The notes beneath the pieces were generated by a model. That model did not search any database. It saw only the letters and a list, made by a program, of their open reading frames with translations, and was not told the DNA's origin. Of a stretch of DNA of 64,000 nucleotides, positions 40,054 to 49,426 are shown piece after piece. Location: contig JANNYA010000215.1 in assembly GCA_031409855.1 (NCBI GenBank), positions 10,260 through 74,259 of the forward strand, in the 5' to 3' direction. The DNA is from Rhodanobacteraceae bacterium. GTDB lineage: Bacteria; Pseudomonadota; Gammaproteobacteria; Xanthomonadales; SZUA-5. Position 1 is the first letter of the stretch; the number at the start of each line of letters is the position of its first letter. The translations under genes and the position numbers were made by a program.

Positions 40054-40403
40054 GTATGCGTACCCGCTCGCTGAATCATGAACCCATTGCCATGATTGGG
40101 CTGACGCAATCCGAACTCACCGTTGTTACCCTGGTGAGTTTGGGCGTTGCCGTGCCCACCGGTGTCCTGATGGCGACGTTGATCACGGTCAAGTTTGGCT
40201 TTATGTGGGGCATGCTGGCGCTGCTGGCCGTGACCGGTTTGCTTGGCCTTGGCACCGGCTGGGCGCTGTCCCGCTGGGTGCAAATGACCAAGGCGGACAC
40301 CCCCAGCGGTTTTTTAATGCAGCAACTACAGGTGCGCTTTCAGCGCAAAAAATGGATTCCGCCGGTCGGGATTTACCACTACCGTCGATCCGGAGAAAAA
40401 TGA
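40050..40403 (+). CDS. TIGR03750/DUF3487-like conjugative membrane protein
   Basis: LNHEP..MIGLT..EL; two TM segments; K...P.GFL. Confidence 0.8.
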   Translation: MSMRTRSLNHEPIAMIGLTQSELTVVTLVSLGVAVPTGVLMATLITVKFGFMWGMLALLAVTGLLGLGTGWALSRWVQMTKADTPSGFLMQQLQVRFQRKKWIPPVGIYHYRRSGEK

Positions 40404-41041
40404 TGGCGTATGTTGATGCCCTCGAAGAATCACGACGCCAAAACAGCCTGCGCAACGGGCTGATTGGCATCTTATTAGTCATGTTGTGCGGTGCGATGTT
40501 CGCGTGGAAGTCCACGCAAAACGACATCACTGTGCACGTCAAACCTGGCATTGTCACGGCAATGTCGGTCAAGCCGAAAGAAATGCCGGCGGAAAATGTC
40601 TTTAATTTTGCCCTGACTTTGATGATGCAAATCAATCGCTGGCGCACCGATGGCAAGGAAGAATACGCCGCCAATATCAATGGCTTGTTTCCGTATATGA
40701 CGGAAAAGTGCCGCAGCTATTTACTCGCCGATGCTGAGCAACGCGGCAACACCGGCGAATTGGGCGAACGCACCCGCACGTGGGAGCCGATGGCCGAAAG
40801 CTATTTTTCCGCCGAACGCGTGCAAGTGCTGGATCCGCGCACGTGGCTCGTCACGATTGACGTGGAGCTGCGCGAAGCGGTGCGCACGGAAGTCGTCAAA
40901 GAAGGCAACTACCGCTATCAAATCTTTGTGCAAGCCACCGGCTCCGACAGCGATCTCAATCCCTACGGATTGTTGTTGAACTGCTTTGCGCCGGGCTCGC
41001 CCACCAAACTTGAACCCGAACCTGAGGTGTCCACCCCATGA
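40400..41041 (+). CDS. TIGR03746/DUF2895-like ICE protein
   Basis: ITVHVKP, VFNFA...QINRW..DG..EY, NPYGLLLNCF. Confidence 0.88.
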   Translation: MMAYVDALEESRRQNSLRNGLIGILLVMLCGAMFAWKSTQNDITVHVKPGIVTAMSVKPKEMPAENVFNFALTLMMQINRWRTDGKEEYAANINGLFPYMTEKCRSYLLADAEQRGNTGELGERTRTWEPMAESYFSAERVQVLDPRTWLVTIDVELREAVRTEVVKEGNYRYQIFVQATGSDSDLNPYGLLLNCFAPGSPTKLEPEPEVSTP

Positions 41042-41832
41042 GTTTTTTTAACCCCACCCGCACGCTTGCCGCCATTGCGTTCGCTTTTATGACCACGACA
41101 GTCCTCGCAGACGTAAAGCCACGCACCGAAAAGCTGCTTTGGAATTCGGTGCCGTTGGCCATTACCGTGCCGATTGAAAGCGAAACCGTGTTGCGTTTGC
41201 CCACGGCGTGTGAAGTCGGTGTTTCCTCTGGCCTCGCCGGTGAACTCAGCGTCGAGAGCGTCAATAATGTCGTGCTGTTGACGCCGAGCGCGGCCTTTAG
41301 CAAGAAGCGCATAGCCTTACGCGCATTGAGCGGCAACCAGGTGTATTTGATCGACATCACCGCGACGAAAACGGCAGCGCGCGAGAGCTTTGAGTTAATT
41401 GATCCGGCCTTGACTCCGCCCGCACCAGACGTCGCGGTCAGTGAGGCGGCATTGCCAGATTCTGAGGAAGACGCTGGCGACGTGCGGATTGCCTTGACGC
41501 GCTTTGCCGCACGCGAGTTTTATGCGCCTGATCGCTTGCGCGGCGGCCTCTCGGCAGTGCGCACAGGGGTTTTAGAGACGCCGGTGGAGCTGTATCGCGG
41601 CGGCTCGGTGCGCGCGATTCCACGCGCCGGTTGGGCGTATCACCAGCATTACGTGACCGCCGTCGAGCTGGTCAATCTCACGCCGGACACACGCGAACTG
41701 GATCCACGTTTATTGCGCGGATCTTGGCTAACCGCGACCTTTCAGCACGGCGTGTTAGCGCCTGCAGGGACGCAGGGGGCGACCACGATGGTGTATTTGG
41801 TGTCCACCGCGCCGTTTGAGGCGGTGTTATGA
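41038..41832 (+). CDS. TIGR03749/DUF3438-like ICE protein
   Basis: W...PL.I, LTRFAA..FYAP.RL, LDPR.LRG.W..ATFQH. Confidence 0.88.
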   Translation: MSFFNPTRTLAAIAFAFMTTTVLADVKPRTEKLLWNSVPLAITVPIESETVLRLPTACEVGVSSGLAGELSVESVNNVVLLTPSAAFSKKRIALRALSGNQVYLIDITATKTAARESFELIDPALTPPAPDVAVSEAALPDSEEDAGDVRIALTRFAAREFYAPDRLRGGLSAVRTGVLETPVELYRGGSVRAIPRAGWAYHQHYVTAVELVNLTPDTRELDPRLLRGSWLTATFQHGVLAPAGTQGATTMVYLVSTAPFEAVL

Positions 41833-43259
41833 GCGTTTCTGCGAATCGCGTTAATCGTTTGCCGATCGTGGTTGCGGTACTCGCCGTGACCTTATTGCTC
41901 GGCGTCGGCATTACCCAGTGTTCCAAACCCAGTATGGTGACGACCACGGACGCACCGGCATCGCCCGTCGCCACGCCTGCGGTGCCGGCCCGACCGTCGG
42001 ATGCCGACGGCACCGAAGCCACCTTGCGCACGCTCTCGGCAAAACTAGGCACCGTGGTTGAAGTGGAGGCGGCGCAGAAGGATCAAGAAGCCAAGCTGGA
42101 CGCCCTCACCGACAGCATCGCCGCCGACAAAGCCGCGAACCCCACCAGCGAACTGATTGCGACGCTGCAGCAGCTGCAGGCACAAAATTCGGCCTTAATG
42201 GAGCGCATGCTGGCGCTTGAGTCTAAAGCCGCGATTCCGAGCGACGCCGGTGGCGATTTTGGCTTACCTGCCGGTGCCTTGCCGGGCGGTTTAAACGGCG
42301 TGGATCTCAATGGTGCGGTGCTCGGCTCAGCCTTGGGCAGCACCGGCACGGCGGCGATCGCCACGAATGGCGGCTATCAGTGGGTGCGCCCGCTGGATCG
42401 CCCGCTGGCGGTGGATGCCAATGGCGTGCCCTTACCCGACGCGGCGCAGTACAGCACCGGTGAAATCACGCCAGTCGCACCCACCGCGATTGCCGAGGTG
42501 TTGGTACCGACGATCAAACCGCGCTTTACTTTGCCGGTGAATGCGACGTTGTTAAATAACATCGCGATGACCGCGTTTATTGGCCGCGTGCCGGTCAATG
42601 GCACGGTGCAAGACCCGTATCGCTTCAAGATTTTGGCCAGCAGCGAAGGCTTGGCCACCAATGGCTTTCGTTTGCCGCCGGACGTGAAGGGCATGGTGTT
42701 TTCGGGCACCTCGCAGGGCGATTGGAATTTGTCCTGCGTGCGCGGCGCGATTGACTCGGTGACGTTCACTTACGAAGACGGCAGCGTGCAAACCTACGGC
42801 GGTGAAGTCGCCGTTGCGGACGGCACCGGTCAGACCACGACGCAACGGCGCAGCCTAGGCTATCTCTCGGACGCCGCTGGCGTGCCCTGCATCAAAGGCG
42901 AGCGCGTCACCAATGCCCCGAAAGTGCTGGCCGCGCGCTTTGCCGCGTCTGCCTTTGAAGCCACCGCGCGCGGCTTTGCTGAAGCGGCCACGACTTCGCA
43001 AGCCACGGTATCCGGCGGCGTGGTGCGCACGATTGACGATGCTGCCCAGTTTGGCGTGGCGAATGGCTTAGCCGGCGGTGCCTCGGAATCGCGTGCCTGG
43101 CTGGAATCACGTCTTGGCCAGATCTTCGATGCGATCTACACCGCGCCTGGCCAAAAAGTGGCGATCCACATTGAGGCGCAAATCAATCTCGACCAACGCA
43201 GCGACGCTCGCAAATTGGCCTACCGCACGAACGACGCGCAAGCGCGCACTTTGGATTAA
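41829..43259 (+). CDS. TIGR03752-like (TraB/VirB10-like) ICE protein
   Basis: ATLRTL, coiled coil, AMTAFIGRVPVNGTVQDPYRFK, GDWNLSCVRG, FDAIY. Confidence 0.9.
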   Translation: MSVSANRVNRLPIVVAVLAVTLLLGVGITQCSKPSMVTTTDAPASPVATPAVPARPSDADGTEATLRTLSAKLGTVVEVEAAQKDQEAKLDALTDSIAADKAANPTSELIATLQQLQAQNSALMERMLALESKAAIPSDAGGDFGLPAGALPGGLNGVDLNGAVLGSALGSTGTAAIATNGGYQWVRPLDRPLAVDANGVPLPDAAQYSTGEITPVAPTAIAEVLVPTIKPRFTLPVNATLLNNIAMTAFIGRVPVNGTVQDPYRFKILASSEGLATNGFRLPPDVKGMVFSGTSQGDWNLSCVRGAIDSVTFTYEDGSVQTYGGEVAVADGTGQTTTQRRSLGYLSDAAGVPCIKGERVTNAPKVLAARFAASAFEATARGFAEAATTSQATVSGGVVRTIDDAAQFGVANGLAGGASESRAWLESRLGQIFDAIYTAPGQKVAIHIEAQINLDQRSDARKLAYRTNDAQARTLD

Positions 43260-43264
43260 CTCAG

Positions 43265-43672
43265 ATGACACTTTTGCTTAAAGCTCGCCGACCTACACGA
43301 TTGCTCGCGTGCGCCGCTTTTGCCACCTTGGCTGCGTGTGCCACCACCAAGCTGCCCGAGTCCACCAGCAGCATGGCCGAGATTTATGACGGCGTGGATC
43401 GCAGCGCAGCTCGACCGCTGGCGCTCAGTACTGATCGCCCGCTTTTCGGCGGTGGTGCTGATCTGTCGAACTACACCCGCAGCGCCGCGACCGAGCTGAC
43501 CACCCGCTTTCCGCGCGTGCCCAATCCGACGCTGGTGATGTTTGTGTTTCCGCACATCGTCGGTGGCGATATGCCAGTACCGGGCTATGTCACGACCTTC
43601 CCGCTGTGGGACAACGCGCCGTATGCGTTGCCCGGCGAAACCCCGGAAGCCAGCGAGACGATCGCGCCGTGA
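43265..43672 (+). CDS. TIGR03751-like conjugative lipoprotein
   Basis: Lipobox LAAC; YTR.A, FPRVPNPTLVMFVFPH, PVPGY.T.FP, YALPGE. Confidence 0.9.
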   Translation: MTLLLKARRPTRLLACAAFATLAACATTKLPESTSSMAEIYDGVDRSAARPLALSTDRPLFGGGADLSNYTRSAATELTTRFPRVPNPTLVMFVFPHIVGGDMPVPGYVTTFPLWDNAPYALPGETPEASETIAP

Positions 43673-46494
43673 GCTTTTTTTCGAGCTTTAAGGGCCTGCT
43701 GATTGGGTTGAGTGCGAGTGGGGCGGAGAGGGCAGGCGTACTGCGCGCGCCGCACGATCCTGATCGCGAACTGTTGCCGCGCTCATGGATGACCGGGCGG
43801 CGTATGAGTACGTGGGAGCGCAACGCGATCAATGCGACGCCACCCTCGTTTGTGGATTTTTTGCGCTATCGCGACTGGGACCGCATCAGCGGCTGTTTTG
43901 TCATGAACGACGGCAAAAGCGCCGGCATGCTCTGGGAATTGTCGCCGGCCCCAACGGAAGGCCGCGATGAGCAAACGCTGGCAGAAATGCATGAAGCCTT
44001 TACCGAAGCGATACGCAGCGGCTTAACTGAAGACGTCGATAGCCCCTGGATCGCGCAATTTTTCGTTCAAGATGAAGAAACGCTGTTCCCGCACTGGCGC
44101 CAGATTAACGACTACATCCCCGAGTCAATTCGTAACACGCAGCTGACCAAGCACTGGCTCAACGAGGTGGACTTGCACTTACAGCAAGTCGCGCAGCCGG
44201 GCGGTATTTTTGCCCAGGCGGCGGGCGGCAATGCCTGGCGCGGCAAAGAACGGCGCGTGTTTGTGACCCTGTACCGCATCGCGCCCAAAAAAGGCACCTT
44301 GAAGGATTCAATCAAACGCACCAAAGCCGCGGCCAGCCAGTTCACGGCCGTGTTTGGCAAAAACGGTGTGTCGTTGCGCGGCTGTCGCGGTCGCGACTTG
44401 TACGAGTGGATGACGCCGATGCTCAACCCCTCGCCGGATCTCACCGGCGGCGATCCGTATGCGTACATGCGCCAAAACCACTATCCCGATGAAGTGAACG
44501 GCCAGACACCGCCGGCATGGGATTTAGGCGAAGCCACGGTGCGCTCAGCACCGGAACAAATCGAAGATGGCGTGTGGTCGTTTCAAGGCACGCTCTACAC
44601 CGCCTTGACGGTGCAACTGTTTTCTAAAGCGCTTAACTTTGGCCATCTGACCGGCGAAAACCGCTCCGCCACGACACTGATGGATCAAATGCCGCCCGGC
44701 ACACGCATCAGCACCACGGTCATTGCCGAACCGCAATATTTGATCGAGCGCCACATGACCGCGTTGGAGTCGAGCGCCGTTGGCGATGGTGCGCATGCGG
44801 TCGAAACCTTGGAAGAAACCAGTGAAGCGCGCCGCGCCCTGGTGAAAGGCGAAAAACTCTACCGCACGTCGGTGGTGATTTATGTCACTGGCAAATCCTT
44901 GGACGAACTCAATAACCGCGCCGATGCCTGCACCGCGATTTTGAATCAGAGTGCCTTGCCGCCGTATGCGCGCAAATACGATCTCTTTCGCAGCGGTGCG
45001 TTCATTGCCGGCCTGCCGTTTGGCTATGACCATGCGCGCGATCGCGCTGGCCCCAAGCGCGCGACGCTGCAATTTACCAGTGAAATTAGCAAACTGATCC
45101 CGATTGCTGGGCGATCCACCGGGACCGGCAGCCCGTGCCTTAACTTCTTTAATCGTGGTGCTGCACCGCTCTCTTTCGATCCGATCAAAGACCGCGATAA
45201 AAACGCGCACTTGACCGTATTCGGCCCCACCGGCTCCGGTAAGTCCGCATTTTTAACCAATGCGCTCGTGCAAACGATGGCGGTGCATCGGCCTTATCTC
45301 TGGATTATCGATCCAAAATGGCCCGCACCCTCGTTCGCGCTGCTGATGGATTACTTTAAGGCGCAAGGTTTAAGCACCAATAAGGTGACATTGACGCCGG
45401 ATTGCGACGTGGCGATCAATCCGTTTCACTGTGCGATGCAGTTGCTCGACGAAGACTACGACGACAAGAAGCTCGACGATGAGGACATTGAAGGCGGTCG
45501 CGACCTCATGGGCGAAATGGTCTATCTCGCGCTGGCGATGGCGACCGGCGGCGAACAAAAGGAACTCGACAATATTCGCCGCGCGGATCGCCCGGTGTTT
45601 TCGCAAGCGATTCGCCTCGCGGCTAAAACGGTCAAAGAAGCCGGCGGCACGGTGGTGATTACTGAGGACGTGGTCGCCGCCCTGCATCAGTTGGCGGACG
45701 AAACCAAGCTCGGCGAAAAGACCGCGATGAAATACCACGAGCACGGCGCGGCCATGAGCGTGTTTTGTGATGGTTTTGCTGGACGCATCTTCAATCGGCC
45801 GGGCACGCCTTGGCCCACTTGCGACGTCACCCTGATTGAGTTTGCTCAGCTCGGCACGCCCGGCAATGAAGACTTGCTCAATGTCGGCTTTATGTCGCTG
45901 ATTCAAGCGATCCAGCTGCACATCACCAAACACCAATACGGCGATGGCACGCGCGAAATCGCGCGCAACACGATTGTGTGCGTCGACGAATCGCACTACC
46001 TGGCCAAAATGCCGCTCATGGGTGCCTATATCGCGAAATCGATTAAGACCTGGCGTTCCTCCGGAGCGTGGTACTGGCAAGCCACACAAAGCATCGACGA
46101 CTTTGCCGGGCCGATGAAGCCCTTGCTGACCCAGCTGGAATGGATGATTTGTCTGGCGATGCCAAAAGATGAAGTCACCAAGCTGAAAGAGCTGAAGTCG
46201 CTCACCGCCGAACAGGCCACGATGGTCGAATCGGCGCGCAAGTCGTCTGGCGAATACTCGGAAGGCGTGGTGCTGCATGAAAAATGCACCGCATTGTTTC
46301 GGGCCGTCTTGCCTTCGTTGTCCCTGGCACTGGCGCAAACCGAGCAACACGAACGCGCAAAGCGGCGCGATTACATGGTGGCCAACAAATGCACCGAGAT
46401 CGAAGCGACCTATCACATCGCCCGCACGATCTATCAAGCGCGCGCCAGCCATGCCACCAAACGCACCGTACAACCTTGGAGTGACCGCAAATGA
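43669..46494 (+). CDS. traC: VirB4/TraC-like conjugative ATPase (TIGR03744-like)
   Basis: GTG start coupled to the previous stop; FFNRGA.P..FDP, GPTGSGKS, CVDESH, WQATQ, YSEGV. Confidence 0.95.
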   Translation: MSFFSSFKGLLIGLSASGAERAGVLRAPHDPDRELLPRSWMTGRRMSTWERNAINATPPSFVDFLRYRDWDRISGCFVMNDGKSAGMLWELSPAPTEGRDEQTLAEMHEAFTEAIRSGLTEDVDSPWIAQFFVQDEETLFPHWRQINDYIPESIRNTQLTKHWLNEVDLHLQQVAQPGGIFAQAAGGNAWRGKERRVFVTLYRIAPKKGTLKDSIKRTKAAASQFTAVFGKNGVSLRGCRGRDLYEWMTPMLNPSPDLTGGDPYAYMRQNHYPDEVNGQTPPAWDLGEATVRSAPEQIEDGVWSFQGTLYTALTVQLFSKALNFGHLTGENRSATTLMDQMPPGTRISTTVIAEPQYLIERHMTALESSAVGDGAHAVETLEETSEARRALVKGEKLYRTSVVIYVTGKSLDELNNRADACTAILNQSALPPYARKYDLFRSGAFIAGLPFGYDHARDRAGPKRATLQFTSEISKLIPIAGRSTGTGSPCLNFFNRGAAPLSFDPIKDRDKNAHLTVFGPTGSGKSAFLTNALVQTMAVHRPYLWIIDPKWPAPSFALLMDYFKAQGLSTNKVTLTPDCDVAINPFHCAMQLLDEDYDDKKLDDEDIEGGRDLMGEMVYLALAMATGGEQKELDNIRRADRPVFSQAIRLAAKTVKEAGGTVVITEDVVAALHQLADETKLGEKTAMKYHEHGAAMSVFCDGFAGRIFNRPGTPWPTCDVTLIEFAQLGTPGNEDLLNVGFMSLIQAIQLHITKHQYGDGTREIARNTIVCVDESHYLAKMPLMGAYIAKSIKTWRSSGAWYWQATQSIDDFAGPMKPLLTQLEWMICLAMPKDEVTKLKELKSLTAEQATMVESARKSSGEYSEGVVLHEKCTALFRAVLPSLSLALAQTEQHERAKRRDYMVANKCTEIEATYHIARTIYQARASHATKRTVQPWSDRK

Positions 46495-46958
46495 GTCGAC
46501 TTTTGCTAGCCACCGTAATTTTAGGCACGCTTGGCTTGGCCAGCGCGCAAACGCGTGCCGTGCCAGCGCCTAACACCGCTACCGCCGTCGCAGCAATCAC
46601 GCGCGTTGACGTGTTCGTGTCCGACAAAACGCCGATCGCAGCCGGCGATGAATCGCAAAGCTTGGCGGCCGGCGGCACCCTCAACCTTTGGAATCTCGAC
46701 GACATGGAGCGCTTCAATGCGCGCCTGGCGCTGGGCTTGCCGCGTGATATGGCGATGGCCGCCAAACAACTCGCCGCCCGTACGGCGAACCTTACTGTCG
46801 ACGAACAAGCGTTGCTCAGCAAAGCCGCAAACGGGCAATCGCGTGCGGATGCGCTCAGTATTGAGCGCGTGCCCGCCGTCGTGGTCAATGAAAAGCACGT
46901 GTATTACGGTGCCCGCACCATTGAAGAAGCGCTCGGTGCGTATCGGAGTGGGCGATGA
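46491..46958 (+). CDS. TIGR03757/DUF1525-like ICE protein
   Basis: Signal peptide; VFVSD..PI, GLP.D...A, VPAVVV....VYYG. Confidence 0.82.
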   Translation: MSRLLLATVILGTLGLASAQTRAVPAPNTATAVAAITRVDVFVSDKTPIAAGDESQSLAAGGTLNLWNLDDMERFNARLALGLPRDMAMAAKQLAARTANLTVDEQALLSKAANGQSRADALSIERVPAVVVNEKHVYYGARTIEEALGAYRSGR

Positions 46959-47995
46959 AAGTAAAACTCCGCCTGCGCGCTCTGGCGCTGAGCGCTGCCG
47001 TTAGTCTGTGTTTCGCCCCAGTGGCGTCGGCCACCACCATTTCTAGTGCCGCGATCACCGCCGCGACCGTCAACCCGGACATGTTGGAATGTTTGGATTA
47101 TTGCGTGATTGGCGTCTGTATCTGGCTTAGGCCGATTTTGGTACCCCCGTTTTATAAGGTCGAAACCACGCTCAAAATTCGGCACAAATTCCCGGATGTC
47201 GTGGTCAGCGTGTTTGAGCACCCCGGCGAGAACCCTTGGACTGAGGTGCAACCCTTGAGCGCACTGGCGGGTCAAGCCGCCCAAGCCCTCTATGGTTCCT
47301 CAACCACGAAAGTCGGCGGCGGTCGCCACACGCCAGCGGCAAATCAAGTGCAAGACCAACACGAACCGGCGCATGACGTGCGGCGCGAACAACTGCGCTT
47401 TGGCGAGGCCGAAATCTACGGGCATCCGCTCGCCAGCGTCATTGGACAAAACTCCACCGGCTTCGGGCGGAGCATAAAGCTGTGCCCGATTAAAACCCGC
47501 AGCTTCTTTCCGTATTACCAATCCGGTGTTGATGCGCTGAGCTGGCGCAACCCGGAGGTCGAATTGCTCTATCCGGGCACGTGGATTCCCTATTACCGCG
47601 AAGTGCGTAATTCCAGCTTCACCAGTATTTGGGGCTCGGTGTTCCCGCGCCATGGCATTTTATCCGGGCAGGCCGATCCCTACAAAGCCGCCGCCGTGTT
47701 TGCGCAGCGCGCCGCCGACATTGCCACTAACAGCTATCAGCCGCACGTTTATATCCGCGCCCCAGGCTCTGCCGCGAATGAGCGTACCGATCAATGGCAA
47801 CGCCTAGCCCCGAAAGTGGAAACGTCCTGCGGCCCGTTCGGCGGCACCGGCCCGGTGATCGCCGCCGGTGCGGTGGCGAAGGATGACGACCAGGTCTGGC
47901 AACTGTGGCGACCGTATCAATGCTGCCTGCCAAACGACGGCGCGATCTTGATCGCCGAAGTTGATGCCGCCGCCATCTGCATTAATGACGAATAG
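46955..47995 (+). CDS. traU: TraU-like ICE protein (TIGR03756-like)
   Basis: CLDYCVIGVCIWL, GENPWTE, IYGHP, WGSVFPRHG, AQRAADI, LWRPYQCC. Confidence 0.9.
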   Translation: MKVKLRLRALALSAAVSLCFAPVASATTISSAAITAATVNPDMLECLDYCVIGVCIWLRPILVPPFYKVETTLKIRHKFPDVVVSVFEHPGENPWTEVQPLSALAGQAAQALYGSSTTKVGGGRHTPAANQVQDQHEPAHDVRREQLRFGEAEIYGHPLASVIGQNSTGFGRSIKLCPIKTRSFFPYYQSGVDALSWRNPEVELLYPGTWIPYYREVRNSSFTSIWGSVFPRHGILSGQADPYKAAAVFAQRAADIATNSYQPHVYIRAPGSAANERTDQWQRLAPKVETSCGPFGGTGPVIAAGAVAKDDDQVWQLWRPYQCCLPNDGAILIAEVDAAAICINDE

Positions 47996-48024
47996 CGCTC
48001 ATTTGATGTTTTCTAACTGCAACC

Positions 48025-48054
48025 CAGCCCACACCACAGCCCACACCACAGCCA
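48025..48054. repeat. 2.5 copies of a 12-bp tandem repeat in an intergenic gap
   Basis: CAGCCCACACCA CAGCCCACACCA CAGCCA. Confidence 0.8.
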
Positions 48055-48064
48055 AGGCCCTGCC

Positions 48065-49426
48065 ATGACCAATTGCACTCTCGCCCGCCTCGCCACCGTT
48101 GCCCTCGTCGCGTTCTACGCCAGCGGCGCGCACGCGCAAACCGCGTGGTATTACGAAATGGGTGGCGCACAGCCCATTGATAAGCCCATGTGGTCGAGCT
48201 ACAACGCGGTGCCGCTGCAGGTTAGCGCCGACATCAGTTGGAACTACAGCTGCGGCAAGTTCTCGATTTCGGGCAGCGTCAATAAGCTGCTGGCGGACGT
48301 GCGCACCGCCGCCGACGAATACATGAACGCGATGATCGCGAATGCCCAGGCCGCCGTTGCTTCCTTGCCCGCCATCATCTTACAGCGCGCCAATCCGACG
48401 CTGTACGACATCATGCAAAACGGGCTTTTGCGGGCGCAAGCCTCCGCGAACGCAGCGCGCTTGGATTGCAAAGCCTTAGAAGACACCGTGATTGCCAACG
48501 GCACCGGCGCTGCCGGCGTGTGGGACAACTTAAAACAAGCCGCAAAAGTATCGGATTGGTCCGCGCAAGCCAGCTATTCCCGTAATGACGTGGTGTCGGC
48601 GCAAAAAACCGTGGACTCGAATGCCGGTAAAAACGGCATTGCTTGGATTGGCAACAATGGCACGACCATCCGGGCCGGTGGCACCGGCCAGCCGGTAATC
48701 AAGCTCACTGCCGATGTCATGGGGGCGGGTTACACCATGGCGGTCAGTGCCGGCAACCCCACCACCAATGGCACGACCGTCAAAGCGGGCTCGAAAGCCT
48801 TTGGTCTGTTCAATCTGTTTAATTTGTTCCCGGACAAGAAATCGGCACAGGATTACATCACTGAGGTGGTTGGCGAAACCGTCGCCACCACCACCGATAC
48901 TGGGGCGAAAACCACCACCCCCGGTCACGGTTTGCGCCCCGACGTGGCGCGCGAATCCAAGCGCGTCTATGACCTGATCGACGCGGCGGTGCGCGGCAGC
49001 GCCACGCTCACCCTCGCACAGCGCGAAAACATCAGCGTCGAAGCCTTAGTTACCGAACAGCTGCTGCGTGCGATCCGCGACTTGCCGATCGAGGAGCGGG
49101 ACTTAATCAAAGTGCGCCTCGCCAATGAAGTCGCGCTGCAAAACGCCATTCGTAAAGCCTTGGCCGCGGTGACGGTGCTCCAGATGGGCGCCTCGACGCC
49201 GAATGTCGCGAGTAACGCGGTCGCCGCCGAACATTCAGACGAAGCGATTGCCAGCGTCAAAGCCTATATCGACGATTTAATGTATGAGGCGCGCATCAAA
49301 AAAGAACTGGTCGGCGAAACCGCGATTGCGATTTTAGACCGAGCCGCCGCACAACGCAGCGCGCCGGTGATTTTGCCAAACGCCACCGATGACAAAGAGC
49401 CCGCACTGGGCACGGTCGAACGATGA
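48065..49426 (+). CDS. TIGR03755-like ICE protein
   Basis: YYEMGGA, YSCGKF, ASLPAIILQRANPTLY, AGG.GQP.I, TTPG.GL. Confidence 0.88.
   Translation: MTNCTLARLATVALVAFYASGAHAQTAWYYEMGGAQPIDKPMWSSYNAVPLQVSADISWNYSCGKFSISGSVNKLLADVRTAADEYMNAMIANAQAAVASLPAIILQRANPTLYDIMQNGLLRAQASANAARLDCKALEDTVIANGTGAAGVWDNLKQAAKVSDWSAQASYSRNDVVSAQKTVDSNAGKNGIAWIGNNGTTIRAGGTGQPVIKLTADVMGAGYTMAVSAGNPTTNGTTVKAGSKAFGLFNLFNLFPDKKSAQDYITEVVGETVATTTDTGAKTTTPGHGLRPDVARESKRVYDLIDAAVRGSATLTLAQRENISVEALVTEQLLRAIRDLPIEERDLIKVRLANEVALQNAIRKALAAVTVLQMGASTPNVASNAVAAEHSDEAIASVKAYIDDLMYEARIKKELVGETAIAILDRAAAQRSAPVILPNATDDKEPALGTVER

Noticed and set aside
45370-46473. 367-aa minus-strand ORF (likewise 49483-50367 and 51488-52300)
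   Set aside because: Antisense to well-supported genes in GC-rich DNA; no motifs
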